DNA of 64,000 nt, from the IMG/VR virus record IMGVR_UViG_3300028833_000110, positions 1 through 64,000 of that record. One strand, written 5' to 3'. The notes under the pieces are model-generated. The model was not told the DNA's origin, ran no database searches, and worked only from the letters and a program-made list of their open reading frames with translations. A program made the translations under genes and the position numbers. Shown piece by piece: positions 19,806 to 29,951 of the stretch (positions are counted from its first letter, which is position 1; each line of letters begins with the position of its first letter). Source of the stretch: a virus (lineage: Duplodnaviria; Caudoviricetes).

Positions 19806-21890
19806 ATGAATGATAGTAATTTAAATGAAACGGATAATAAAATGAATGTTATCCCAATTAATGTTCCTAAGGAGATTGAATATATAAGTGAATGGAAAGA
19901 ATTTAATTATCCTTTGGGACATCTTATTTTAGATAAAACTATTTGTGGATGTGGTTTTACTGAATACTGTTTAAATAATGATTACCCAACTATTTTATGT
20001 TCTCCTAGAAAAAAACTTCTTGAAAATAAAGAGGAACAACATAATAGTGAGGAGGGTAAAAAGAAGGGATTAAAGTGGATTTATTATTTTAGAAATGACT
20101 ATGAAAATAATATTGATTTTGATAAAGAAGTAGAAATCAATACTCCTTTCGGTAAATCTTCCTCTAACTTTCTATCTTCTATTCAAACCCAAGAGAATGT
20201 AGGAGATATAGAAAAGAGTGAAAGAGAAAAATACCTAAGTAAAATAAAAGATAATTTAAGAGAATATATATTATTCTGTAAAAATAATAATCAACCATTT
20301 AAAATTATTGTTACTTATGATTCTCTCTATCATGTTCTTAGTGTATTATCTCCTTTTTATTCCTCTAATGAATTTTATTGTGTTATTGATGAATTTCAGA
20401 GTATTTTTATTGACTCCTCATTCAAGGCTACAGTAGAATTAGATTTTGTAGAAGATCTAAAATTATGTGAGAATGTATTATATCTTTCTGCTACACCAAT
20501 GTTAGAGAAATATTTAGTACAATTAGAATATTTTAAAGATCTTCCAATGTACAAACTAATGTGGGATGATAGTAGAATAGAAAGAGTTAGAGCAGAGTTT
20601 AGAGTAGTTAGAAGTATAAATAATGAAGTAAAAGAATTAGTAGAAGATTATAGAAACGGAAAAGGAAGAGAAAAAGTATTATCAGATGGTACAGTAAAAT
20701 ATTCAAAGGAGTTAGTTATTTTTGTCAATTCAATTAAATCCATTTGTGATATAATAAAGAAATGCAATCTCACTCCGGAAGAAACTAATATTGTCTGTGC
20801 TGATACGTCTAGAAATATTAAAGCTCTAAAAAAAGTTAGACAACAAATCGGAAAAATACCTACTCAAAATCAGACTCACAAGATGTTTACTCTTTGCACT
20901 AGAACTACTTATCTAGGTGCAGACTTTTACTCTACAAATGCTTTCACTGTAGTTTGTTCTGACTGTAATATTCAAACAATGACAGTAGATATTTCATTAG
21001 ACCTACCACAAATTCTCGGAAGGCAAAGATTAAAAGAGAATGTATTTAGGAATGAGGTATTAATATTATACAAAGCTGAGACAAAGAAAATGGCAGTTAT
21101 TAATGAGAGTAAACTAGCCAATGATAATAAAGTAAGGGAAAAAGAAGCAAAAACATTAGAATTACTTAAGGGATATGCTAAGATGTCTGATAAAGAAAAA
21201 GAGTTGTGGGCAGAGATATGTAAAAGAGATCGTGAATTGTATCAGAATAATTATCTCGGTGTTTCTTCAAGGACAGGAAAAGCTACTTTTAATTATCTTG
21301 TTAAAATAGCTGATCAAAGAGCTTATGATGTTAGTAGAAGGGAATATATAGATGAAATAACAATTAAAAGGGGTATAGAGAGTATAGATAATGTGAATAT
21401 AGAAGTAAGAAGTGATAATGTAGAGAATGTAATCAAAAATTTTAAATCAGAATTTAATAGTGATAATAATTTTGAAAGAAGAATGAAAATGTTATGTGAT
21501 TGCTATTTTGAGTGTCCGGAATTTTTCATTGACTATACTAAGATTCTCCAAACGATTATACCATTAGATTATCAAAATTACATTAATACTCTTGGTTTTG
21601 AAAAGATTAAAGCATTGGGTTATAGGGAAGCCGATATAATCAAACAAATCAAAACAATATCTTATCTTAATAATATTTCACCAACATCTCTTTTTTCTAT
21701 TGGATCTAAATATTCTACAAAACAAATAAAAGAGATGTTAAGAAAATTTTATGAAGAAAATAATATAATAAAAACTCCTAAAGCATCCGATCTTGAGGAA
21801 TATTTTAATCTTCGTCCTTGTCAATTCATAGACAAAGAATTAGGAAAGAAGGTTAATGGGTTTCTAATTTTAAGTAAAAAAGGAGATTGA
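19806..21890 (+). CDS. Divergent SF2 helicase-like protein (possible origin-binding protein)
   Basis: Degenerate Walker A (KTICGCGFT), SPR, TYDS, DEFQ (motif II), SAT (motif III), GADF, QILGRQR (motif VI). Confidence 0.7.
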   Translation: MNDSNLNETDNKMNVIPINVPKEIEYISEWKEFNYPLGHLILDKTICGCGFTEYCLNNDYPTILCSPRKKLLENKEEQHNSEEGKKKGLKWIYYFRNDYENNIDFDKEVEINTPFGKSSSNFLSSIQTQENVGDIEKSEREKYLSKIKDNLREYILFCKNNNQPFKIIVTYDSLYHVLSVLSPFYSSNEFYCVIDEFQSIFIDSSFKATVELDFVEDLKLCENVLYLSATPMLEKYLVQLEYFKDLPMYKLMWDDSRIERVRAEFRVVRSINNEVKELVEDYRNGKGREKVLSDGTVKYSKELVIFVNSIKSICDIIKKCNLTPEETNIVCADTSRNIKALKKVRQQIGKIPTQNQTHKMFTLCTRTTYLGADFYSTNAFTVVCSDCNIQTMTVDISLDLPQILGRQRLKENVFRNEVLILYKAETKKMAVINESKLANDNKVREKEAKTLELLKGYAKMSDKEKELWAEICKRDRELYQNNYLGVSSRTGKATFNYLVKIADQRAYDVSRREYIDEITIKRGIESIDNVNIEVRSDNVENVIKNFKSEFNSDNNFERRMKMLCDCYFECPEFFIDYTKILQTIIPLDYQNYINTLGFEKIKALGYREADIIKQIKTISYLNNISPTSLFSIGSKYSTKQIKEMLRKFYEENNIIKTPKASDLEEYFNLRPCQFIDKELGKKVNGFLILSKKGD

Positions 21891-21956
21891 TTATGATTTA
21901 TGTGATGGGTCGATTTTAAAAGTAAAACCCTTATAAATAAATGAAGTTAATTTAAT

Positions 21957-22307
21957 ATGAATAAACAACAAAATATTAATTTTACTATGGACAAAAAAAT
22001 AATATCAAAGATTGACGAAACAAAATCCGTCGAGATTGCGCAAGAAATTATTTCAAGAGTTGAAAACACTAAACTTGAAGACATCGCAACAGTACTCAAT
22101 GGCATTACAATAGCTCTTGTATCCATTTGTTCTGATGTGAAAAAATATGTTGATGGAGATAAGACAGAAGAGCTTATTATGACCTGGTTTGCGGCATGTG
22201 ATGGATTAAAGAAAACCAACTTCTCAAAATTCATCAAATTACCAGAAGAGAAACAACACTCTGGCGATATCCGCGATGAAACAGATGTAATGCCGACCAG
22301 AGAATAA
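21957..22307 (+). CDS. Hypothetical protein
   Basis: ORF track; follows the promoter motif at 21929. Confidence 0.5.
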   Translation: MNKQQNINFTMDKKIISKIDETKSVEIAQEIISRVENTKLEDIATVLNGITIALVSICSDVKKYVDGDKTEELIMTWFAACDGLKKTNFSKFIKLPEEKQHSGDIRDETDVMPTRE

Positions 22308-22704
22308 CAAAATTGAGGATTAAAATAAAAAAATTATGGATGCCAACGAATTGAGAGAAAGATGGGCAGAGTTTTATGACGACAAGTTCCCAAATAATAA
22401 TGTAGTAGATTTCAATGAGGAGACTGGAGAATATTATCTTCTTACAGTAGAAGAAAGAAAAGAGAGATTGCTTATGAACTCCCAAAGGTACAAAAATCTC
22501 TAAAACAAAGAAACTTTGGAATATGGACATTAGAGATCTTACTACTCTAGCGATGTTAGGAGGTGACAGTAATTATTTTATGCCACAACGTAATTCTAGC
22601 GAAACGATTGCCTATGATCCTGTAAAACTCACCGGTTTCACCCAAGTCAAGGGGCGTAGGCGGTTGAGCAAGAAAAAACGTAAACAACTAAAAACCAAAA
22701 AGCA

Positions 22705-22935
22705 ATGAGTAAATACAGAATCAGCCCCGTATTCGGCATACTTACAGACCCAGAAGAAATTGCCAAATTTGACCGCCAACAAGCGGAAGAAGACATGGAA
22801 AGGGCTTATATGGAAGCCCAACAGCAAGCAGAATATGAAGCAGAAATGCGAGCCTATGAAGAAGCATATCATCAAGCAGAATATGAATATTACTGGATGC
22901 TTTTCATGCAAGAGAACGAAATGATAACCGATTAA
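22705..22935 (+). CDS. Small acidic hypothetical protein
   Basis: ORF track; internal QAEYE repeat. Confidence 0.5.
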   Translation: MSKYRISPVFGILTDPEEIAKFDRQQAEEDMERAYMEAQQQAEYEAEMRAYEEAYHQAEYEYYWMLFMQENEMITD

Positions 22936-23124
22936 AACCAAAAAGCAATGACAGAACTTGAAAGAGAAGAATTAATTGCTAAAGTCGGCAAAGAAATCTA
23001 TGATAAAATATATTATGAAGGTTTTAATGCTGGATATAAAAAGGGGTATGATGATGGTTATTATATAGGCGAAGATATGGGCGAAGACTTATAAAACAAA
23101 AAAAAACAACTAAATAACAAGATA

Positions 23125-23541
23125 ATGACAATAACAGATAAAGAACTTTTATTGAAAGCCATAGAGCAGAAGCGGCAAGAAGTTCGGCTGACTGACACAG
23201 GCGAAATGAAACCAGCAACTGTTCCAAATAATCTGGAATTAGGTTGGTTAAATGCATTGGCGTGGATGAAGAAATACATCGACTCCCTCCCTGCCGAAGA
23301 AGAGCAGTCGAGCAATGACTCTAAGGACCCAAGGAATGACTCTTACCATTCCGAAACTCTCTATACATACGAACAAATAAATATCCTTGCTAATAACCGT
23401 GCACAATGGCAGAAAGAGCAGACTATCAACAAAGCTTGCGAGTGGCTCCAGCATAACGCGGAAAAATATGACGCTAGCTACAGCTTCCCTGACTGTCCTC
23501 TATTAAAGGACTTTAAACACGCAATGGAGGAGGAACATTAA
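23125..23541 (+). CDS. Hypothetical protein, family WQKExxINKACxWL...DFKxAMEE
   Basis: C-terminal module shared with 24273 and 27777. Confidence 0.6.
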   Translation: MTITDKELLLKAIEQKRQEVRLTDTGEMKPATVPNNLELGWLNALAWMKKYIDSLPAEEEQSSNDSKDPRNDSYHSETLYTYEQINILANNRAQWQKEQTINKACEWLQHNAEKYDASYSFPDCPLLKDFKHAMEEEH

Positions 23542-24038
23542 TGGGATTAGTTGATTTTATTATAAATGCAGGTGAAGCATGGTCTGGACCCTACAGGAAT
23601 TTTTCTTGTAGAAGTAGAACACTAGATGGGTTCAAACGATGTTATGACTATGTATCTGGAAATACCCATTACTACGATAATGGATATGATTATAAAAGTA
23701 TACAGATAAAAACAGTCTCCCCACTACAGGCGACAGATAAAACCATAACGAAAGTATATGAAACAGAATACATTCGTTATTATAAGAAGAGAATGAGGAG
23801 ACTGAAAATTTGGGAGAGTATAACATCTTTTGTTTCTATAATAGGGACACTAGGAATTGTACCTTCCATACTATACGTGTTAATATCTTTTAATACAGCA
23901 TCTTTCATTGTATTCGGTGTAGTGCTAAGTGCGACTATAATATCGCTTATAGTCTGGAAAGATTTAACAAACAAAATATTTATAGAGTCTGATTCAGTTC
24001 TTGACGCTTGGTTAAGGCAGCATCAAGATTTTAAATAA
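23541..24038 (+). CDS. Membrane protein with two TM helices
   Basis: Two hydrophobic stretches near the C-terminus. Confidence 0.55.
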   Translation: MGLVDFIINAGEAWSGPYRNFSCRSRTLDGFKRCYDYVSGNTHYYDNGYDYKSIQIKTVSPLQATDKTITKVYETEYIRYYKKRMRRLKIWESITSFVSIIGTLGIVPSILYVLISFNTASFIVFGVVLSATIISLIVWKDLTNKIFIESDSVLDAWLRQHQDFK

Positions 24039-24272
24039 TAAGTTCTATGAGTAGGAAAAATGCTAAACTGGCAAGAATCACAGACCTACAATGTCATCAA
24101 CCTGACATAATATTAACAAAAAAAGCTTGTGATACGATTGCCGAAGCCTTATGGACATTACATAAAGACAACCCTAAAGAAATACTAGACTTATATTGGT
24201 ATTTTAGAGACCTTAGTAAGATAAGAAAAGGTAAGTCTGTAGGTAGAGAATTAAGACTTTATTATAAACACA

Positions 24273-24680
24273 ATGACAAATAATGAAAAAATAAAGGCCG
24301 AGATTGAACGGCTAAAAGAAATTGGATGTCCACTACAAAAAGGTAGTGATTACCAACATGGGTATGATGAATTTTATACCCAAATAAAAAAATTCATTAA
24401 CACCCTCGCCGCTGAATATCAGAGTGAGGAATTTAAAGAAGAATTTGATAACTTTTTAGTCCACGGAAATATAAGAAACCCGAATTTTGAAGGGCCATTC
24501 GGATATGATGACATAAGAAAGACAGCCATGCACTTTGCCAACTGGAAGAAAGAACAAATTATCAACAAAGCCTCTAAATGGCTTGCGGGTAATATTATCC
24601 ACTATATTTGGAGTAGTAAAAGGGAGATCGGCATAAGTGATGACTTTTTTATTGATTTTGAAAAAGCAATGGAGGAATAA
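24273..24680 (+). CDS. Hypothetical protein, WKKEQIINKASKWL family
   Basis: Paralogous module. Confidence 0.6.
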   Translation: MTNNEKIKAEIERLKEIGCPLQKGSDYQHGYDEFYTQIKKFINTLAAEYQSEEFKEEFDNFLVHGNIRNPNFEGPFGYDDIRKTAMHFANWKKEQIINKASKWLAGNIIHYIWSSKREIGISDDFFIDFEKAMEE

Positions 24681-25244
24681 AAATGAGTAATAAGATGAAA
24701 AAGTGGATTGATAGAATGATATGGAAGTCCCATTGTCTGTTATTCGGGCATAAATGGGCAAATGATAATTTGGGCGATAAAGACGGATGGGTACCGCAGA
24801 GTTGTGAATGCGGCGCAAAGCGAATCTATAACACAATAACAAAGGAAGAAAAGAAATGACTTGGGCCCTTGGATATTTGATATCCTATTAGACGAAAGGG
24901 GATGAATAATGGCACGGTATCAAATCGAATATAATGGAAACTTTTACAGGGCAATTCCATTTGTTCAAGCACAAGAAGGATTGCAGTGTAACCGTTGCGA
25001 CATAAAGGATTTCGGAATCTGTGATGCAGCTTGGTGTAGCAGTGAAGACAGAAGTGACCATCAAAACGTTGTGTTTAAATTAATCAAGGAGAATAACAAT
25101 GAAAATACAAAGAATTAACGAAGGATTTACTTTCCTTCCAAGCATTAGTTTGAATTGGTGTACTTGGAAAGGAAAAAGATATTATTACCTTAGTTTTGCG
25201 TGGCTGTTTTGGATCACAGACACATTAAAAAAATTTCCGTGGGA

Positions 25245-25637
25245 ATGACACAAGAAAAGAAACAGTTATTACTTAAAGATCTCTGTTCTAGATTACCGTA
25301 TGGAGTTATCATTAACACTCCCTCAAATATTTTTGATCCAGATAGTAGGGAAGATGTTAAATTAGATAGTATTTTTGAAATTGATGGTAATTTTTATATT
25401 ACAGAAGAAGGTGGGTGGCCAATAGAAGAGTGTAAGCCATATCTCCGCCCAATGTCAAGTATGACGAAGATTGAAAAAGAGATTTACAAATCACTTAAAG
25501 AAGATATAGATGAAGATTATAGTGAAATTACACAACTTCCTTTAATTGATTGGCTCAATAAAAGTATGTTTGATTATCGCGGCTTAATTCCTAGAGGTTT
25601 CGCATTAGAAGCCATTAAAGGTATGTATAATATTTAA
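25245..25637 (+). CDS. Hypothetical protein, LLLKDLCSRLPYG...PYLRP...FDYRGLI family
   Basis: Start at ATG 25245 from N-terminal identity with 26193; four paralogs in the window. Confidence 0.65.
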   Translation: MTQEKKQLLLKDLCSRLPYGVIINTPSNIFDPDSREDVKLDSIFEIDGNFYITEEGGWPIEECKPYLRPMSSMTKIEKEIYKSLKEDIDEDYSEITQLPLIDWLNKSMFDYRGLIPRGFALEAIKGMYNI

Positions 25638-25639
25638 AT

Positions 25640-26191
25640 ATGAAAAAATTGCTTATTATTGCTGATTATAATGACGCAGATTATGTAAAAGATGTTGTCA
25701 AGGTTGAAGATTCTGTCTTTGAGAAGTTTCTTCCGTTTATGAAGGCAATCAATAATTTTGAACCTTATGTTCGCCGTAGTAGTTTTGGCGGTATTTGTGA
25801 ACATAATTGGATTAGTCCGAGAGAAGACCTTGGTGAGAAAAACATCTATGAAACTTATCCTCAGTTTACTCACGATTATATTGACGAGTTTATAGATATC
25901 TTTACGAGTGGCTTGAATGTTCCTTATGATGATGGTCATTGTCATACAATTATTGAAATAAGTGATGTGGTTACTGATGAAAAATATGTTGACTGGAATC
26001 AAGGATGGGAAGCTTGTAAGGAGAGATATAGTCCTAAAGTAAAGGAATATCTTAAGAAAATAGAAGAGCTTTATTCTTATAAACGACCTTCTGATGGAAA
26101 ACCTTTAAATTGCATTCCCTTTGCAGAAATGAATGATTATGAGAGTGAACTTATGAATAAGTTAGGTACGCTTTGGAAAGATTATCAATAA
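25640..26191 (+). CDS. Hypothetical protein
   Basis: ORF track. Confidence 0.55.
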   Translation: MKKLLIIADYNDADYVKDVVKVEDSVFEKFLPFMKAINNFEPYVRRSSFGGICEHNWISPREDLGEKNIYETYPQFTHDYIDEFIDIFTSGLNVPYDDGHCHTIIEISDVVTDEKYVDWNQGWEACKERYSPKVKEYLKKIEELYSYKRPSDGKPLNCIPFAEMNDYESELMNKLGTLWKDYQ

Positions 26192-26192
26192 T

Positions 26193-26624
26193 ATGACACA
26201 AGAAAAGAAACAGTTATTACTTAAAGATCTCTGTTCTAGATTGCCTTATGGAGTTGTTGGTTTATACACTTGGAAGTGTAAAGAATCTTACAATAGGGAA
26301 TTAACAGGAAGTTTATATGATGAATTAGAGCTTTCTTGGAGTAATACCGATGATAGTCAATTCTTACCATATCTTCGTCCGTTATCTTCAATGACAGAGA
26401 ATGAGTTTCAAAACCTTAAAAGATACAGTGGTCTGATATATTACCAATTAGAATTACAAGAATTTTATGACAATTCTAAATGTTTGGAGTTTTATCTGTC
26501 GGAAATACCTTCATATGTTGTAATTTTAGTTTTTGATTGGCTTAATAAATATCACTTCGACTATCGGGGTTTGATTCCTATGGGTCTTGCACTTGAAGCC
26601 ACTAAAGATATGTATAATAGCTAA
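26193..26624 (+). CDS. Hypothetical protein, PYLRP family
   Basis: Paralog of 25245, 33337 and 33869. Confidence 0.65.
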   Translation: MTQEKKQLLLKDLCSRLPYGVVGLYTWKCKESYNRELTGSLYDELELSWSNTDDSQFLPYLRPLSSMTENEFQNLKRYSGLIYYQLELQEFYDNSKCLEFYLSEIPSYVVILVFDWLNKYHFDYRGLIPMGLALEATKDMYNS

Positions 26625-26724
26625 TTTAAGTATGTTGACGTTATGCTGTATCATTTACTTACTGGTGCAGCCTTCAAAACATAAAAAAGATACTCGAAGT
26701 ACAATTTGATAATTATTAAAATAT

Positions 26725-27717
26725 TTGATTATGGAAAATTATGAACAAAAGTACAAAGAAGCTTTAGAAAAAGCAAAAATGGAGTTAAAAACTTGTGACT
26801 CTTTGGATTTGTGTGCTACAAGACAATTGATATTAAAACTCTTTCCTGATCTTAAGAAAAGTGAAGACGAACTTATAAGAGAAGAAATCCTTAATTGTTT
26901 TGTTGAGATGAAAAAACAAGGTTGCTTTCCATCAAAACATGAAGCACAATACGATTCTTGGGTTTCTTGGCTTGAAAAGCAAGGCAAGAAAGAACTTGTG
27001 AACTTCGATGAAGCAGAGAAAGAAAAACGAGAATTTGTAGGTGATGGGTTTATTGAATGTCATGCAGACTTTCTTGATTTCAAAGAAGGGCATACTTATT
27101 GGTTTGAATATATTGGTGATGATAATTATAATGTAAGAAGCGATAATCTTCTTGGGAAAACATATCATATAACACCATGCCAACTTTATACAATTTTTAA
27201 GAAACTAACTTGGCTTGAAAAACAAAGTGTACCAGCTTCCAGTTACGACATTCCAAAACACAAATTTAATGTTGGAGATTGGATTGTAAATAAGAAAGGT
27301 GTAATTGGAAACATAAACGAAATAAAGATTGATGGTCATGGAATGCTCAGATATTGTATTAATTGGGTAGATGGCAATCAGTCAATTCCTATCCCTTGTT
27401 TTGTTGATGATGACTACCACCTTTGGACAATTAAAGATGTAAAGAAAGGTGATATACTACAAGCTAATAAATGTATATTGATTTTTGATTCTTTGACTAA
27501 AGACCTAGATGTAGATGGTAACACAGTAATAAGTAGTTGGTATTTTTGTGATAGCGAAAAGTTCTATGGAATGGGTATATCCAAACCAGATTTATGGAGT
27601 ATCGAAGGAGTTACCCCAGCCACTAAGGAACAGCGAGACTTCTTATTTCAAAAAATGTATGAAGCAGGGTATAAATGGGATAGTAATAAATTGGAATTGC
27701 AAGATATCCGATATTAG
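26725..27717 (+). CDS. Modular hypothetical protein
   Basis: TYWFEY...RSDN.LGK module shared with 48819..49256; FNVGDW SH3-like start. Confidence 0.55.
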   Translation: MIMENYEQKYKEALEKAKMELKTCDSLDLCATRQLILKLFPDLKKSEDELIREEILNCFVEMKKQGCFPSKHEAQYDSWVSWLEKQGKKELVNFDEAEKEKREFVGDGFIECHADFLDFKEGHTYWFEYIGDDNYNVRSDNLLGKTYHITPCQLYTIFKKLTWLEKQSVPASSYDIPKHKFNVGDWIVNKKGVIGNINEIKIDGHGMLRYCINWVDGNQSIPIPCFVDDDYHLWTIKDVKKGDILQANKCILIFDSLTKDLDVDGNTVISSWYFCDSEKFYGMGISKPDLWSIEGVTPATKEQRDFLFQKMYEAGYKWDSNKLELQDIRY

Positions 27718-27776
27718 TTTGTGCAAGCTTTTAGAATTATTATCAAATAGAAATAAATTAAAAAAAACATAATTAT

Positions 27777-28154
27777 TTGGAAATAATGACGGATCAAGAA
27801 ATAATTTATAAAGCTATCAGAGAAGTGGTAAACACGGATAAACCAAGTGAATTTGCTGCTCACAATAGTACCGCATACACTATAGCAAAATATGTATGTG
27901 AAGCGGTTAGAGAACAACTTGGTAATAAGCCTACTGAGGAATTAGATGTAGAAATTAATCTAGAATACAAAAGCAACTATAAACTAAGAGAACTATCACC
28001 TGAAGAATTTAGGGAAATAGTTCATCACTTCACACAGTGGCAGAAAGATAATACCATTAATAAGGCCTGTCAATGGATACAACAAAACGCTGAAAAATAC
28101 ACTACAGCCTATGATCATCTTTCGCAGGACTTTAAAAAAGCAATGGAGGAATAA
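27777..28154 (+). CDS. Hypothetical protein, WQKDNTINKACQW family
   Basis: Paralogous module. Confidence 0.55.
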   Translation: MEIMTDQEIIYKAIREVVNTDKPSEFAAHNSTAYTIAKYVCEAVREQLGNKPTEELDVEINLEYKSNYKLRELSPEEFREIVHHFTQWQKDNTINKACQWIQQNAEKYTTAYDHLSQDFKKAMEE

Positions 28155-28421
28155 AAAAAATGACTGACAAGATAGAAGAATTACAGGATATACTTTTAAA
28201 TGATTTCGAAAGAGACCTCAAAGAAGTAATGAAGAGATACGAGGAACCATGCAAAGCATTGCACTGTCAATTACGAATAACCAGTGGTGGTGTATCAGTA
28301 ACTGATTATACAGGATCACGTGATAAGCATAAAGTAATATGTGCTGAATCTTCTGTAGGACTCGAGTTAATCAGGAATATTGATATATGGCATGATTAGC
28401 TTTTAAATAAACTTCAAGATA

Positions 28422-28799
28422 ATGGATAGACAAATAATTTTCCGAGGCAAACGATTAGATAATGGACAGTGGGTGTATGGCGATTTATACCATAGAAAAA
28501 TATGTGGCGTAGTTTCACCAACAATTCATAATATAGAGTATACAGGTGGTAGTGTTGACCCCGCTACTATTGGACAGTACACAGGGCTGACCGACAAAAA
28601 TGGTAATAAGATCTTTGAAGGTGATATTTTAATCTCGGAAACTATAATGCACGAAATTGTTTGGAATAATGAATGGGCAAAGTTCCAAGCTATTAGTGAG
28701 TCAATATACAGCCCATCATCATTAAACCAGGAGTGGATTAATATGTATGGGAAAGTGGTCATTGGTAACATTCATGACAACCCCGAACTGCTCCCATAA
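28422..28799 (+). CDS. YopX family protein
   Basis: FRGKRLDNGQWVYG...GQYTGLTDKNGNKIFEGDI...VIGNIHDNPELL. Confidence 0.9.
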   Translation: MDRQIIFRGKRLDNGQWVYGDLYHRKICGVVSPTIHNIEYTGGSVDPATIGQYTGLTDKNGNKIFEGDILISETIMHEIVWNNEWAKFQAISESIYSPSSLNQEWINMYGKVVIGNIHDNPELLP

Positions 28800-28932
28800 A
28801 TCTGCTGCCAATAATCTTATGGATTGTGATGATTCCAATGAATGAAAAATTTATGGGCAATTCATCGCTAATTCCGTTAAGAGTTCGTGGTAGTAGAAAA
28901 AAAAATTAAAACTTGATAATTGAAGGATAATC

Positions 28933-29121
28933 ATGATTATTATTAAACATGGAAAGAACTGGAAGATGTGGCGAAAAAAATGTCCATCTTGTAATTCTAT
29001 ATTTTTATACTCTCAAGATGACATAAAGGAGTCTTATGAGAGGATTAATGCATATGAATCGGAATTTGAGTATAATTATGTGAAGTGTCCAGAGTGTGGT
29101 AAAATCATAAAATTAAATTAG
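28933..29121 (+). CDS. Small Zn-ribbon protein
   Basis: CPSC...CPEC. Confidence 0.6.
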   Translation: MIIIKHGKNWKMWRKKCPSCNSIFLYSQDDIKESYERINAYESEFEYNYVKCPECGKIIKLN

Positions 29122-29277
29122 AATAAAAAAAGTTATTAATCTTAAGATTATTAGGGATTTGCAATAATTAAGAAAAATAACATACTGTAATCGTAATCCC
29201 CTTAAATCCTTATATATGTGAAGAAATTAAGTATATTCTTTGCATTAAAGAATAAGAAAATGACATTCAATTGTGAT

Positions 29278-29360
29278 GCTCTGGTGATGGAATGGTAGAC
29301 ATGAGGGACTTAAAATCCCTTGCCTGTAAAGGCGTGTGGGTTCAACTCCCACCCAGAGTA
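29278..29360 (+). tRNA. tRNA-Leu(TAA)
   Basis: gctctgg/ccagagt acceptor; aggga-ct-TAA-aa-tccct; long variable arm; GTTCAA T-loop. Confidence 0.92.
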
Positions 29361-29371
29361 CTTTTATATAG

Positions 29372-29400
29372 AATACTACTTTAATAGTAGTATTTTTTTT
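29372..29400 (+). terminator. Intrinsic terminator after tRNA-Leu
   Basis: aatactact-ttaat-agtagtatt plus T-run. Confidence 0.65.
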
Positions 29401-29951
29401 ATTTCCTTATATATGTTATGAAAAAATTAATGAAATTTGTAATTAATACTTGGAATGGTATACCAGAAAATTTAAAAGATTCCAACGATGGAAAAAACTG
29501 GTGGGTAACTCAAATTCATTTTCTGCCATTCATTATGTATCAATTATGTGATGAACATAAAATAATCTTTGGATGGTTGTTTTGGTCTGTATCAATAAGG
29601 TGGCCTCGTAAACAAGATTAAAAGTAATGAGTAATATGAAATTTTCAGAAGGGGATAAAATAGTTCTTAAATCAACACGGGAAGAATTTCAGGTTCTTAG
29701 TATTGAGGAAGATTGGCTATTTGGAAGATGTACTGGGTATAAATATGTTTTATTGAATAAATATGGAAAAACCCTGGCATATGAACAACTTTATGCTGAG
29801 AGAATATTTGAATCCTCCACAAACAATTCAAATGCAATGGTTGGGGAAAAAGAATATGATTTCACTGATTTGTTAATTGGATATTCTATTTAGGGTTGTT
29901 TTCTTTTCGCCTCTTTTCCTTATAATTGAATAAAAAAAACATTAATAAAAA

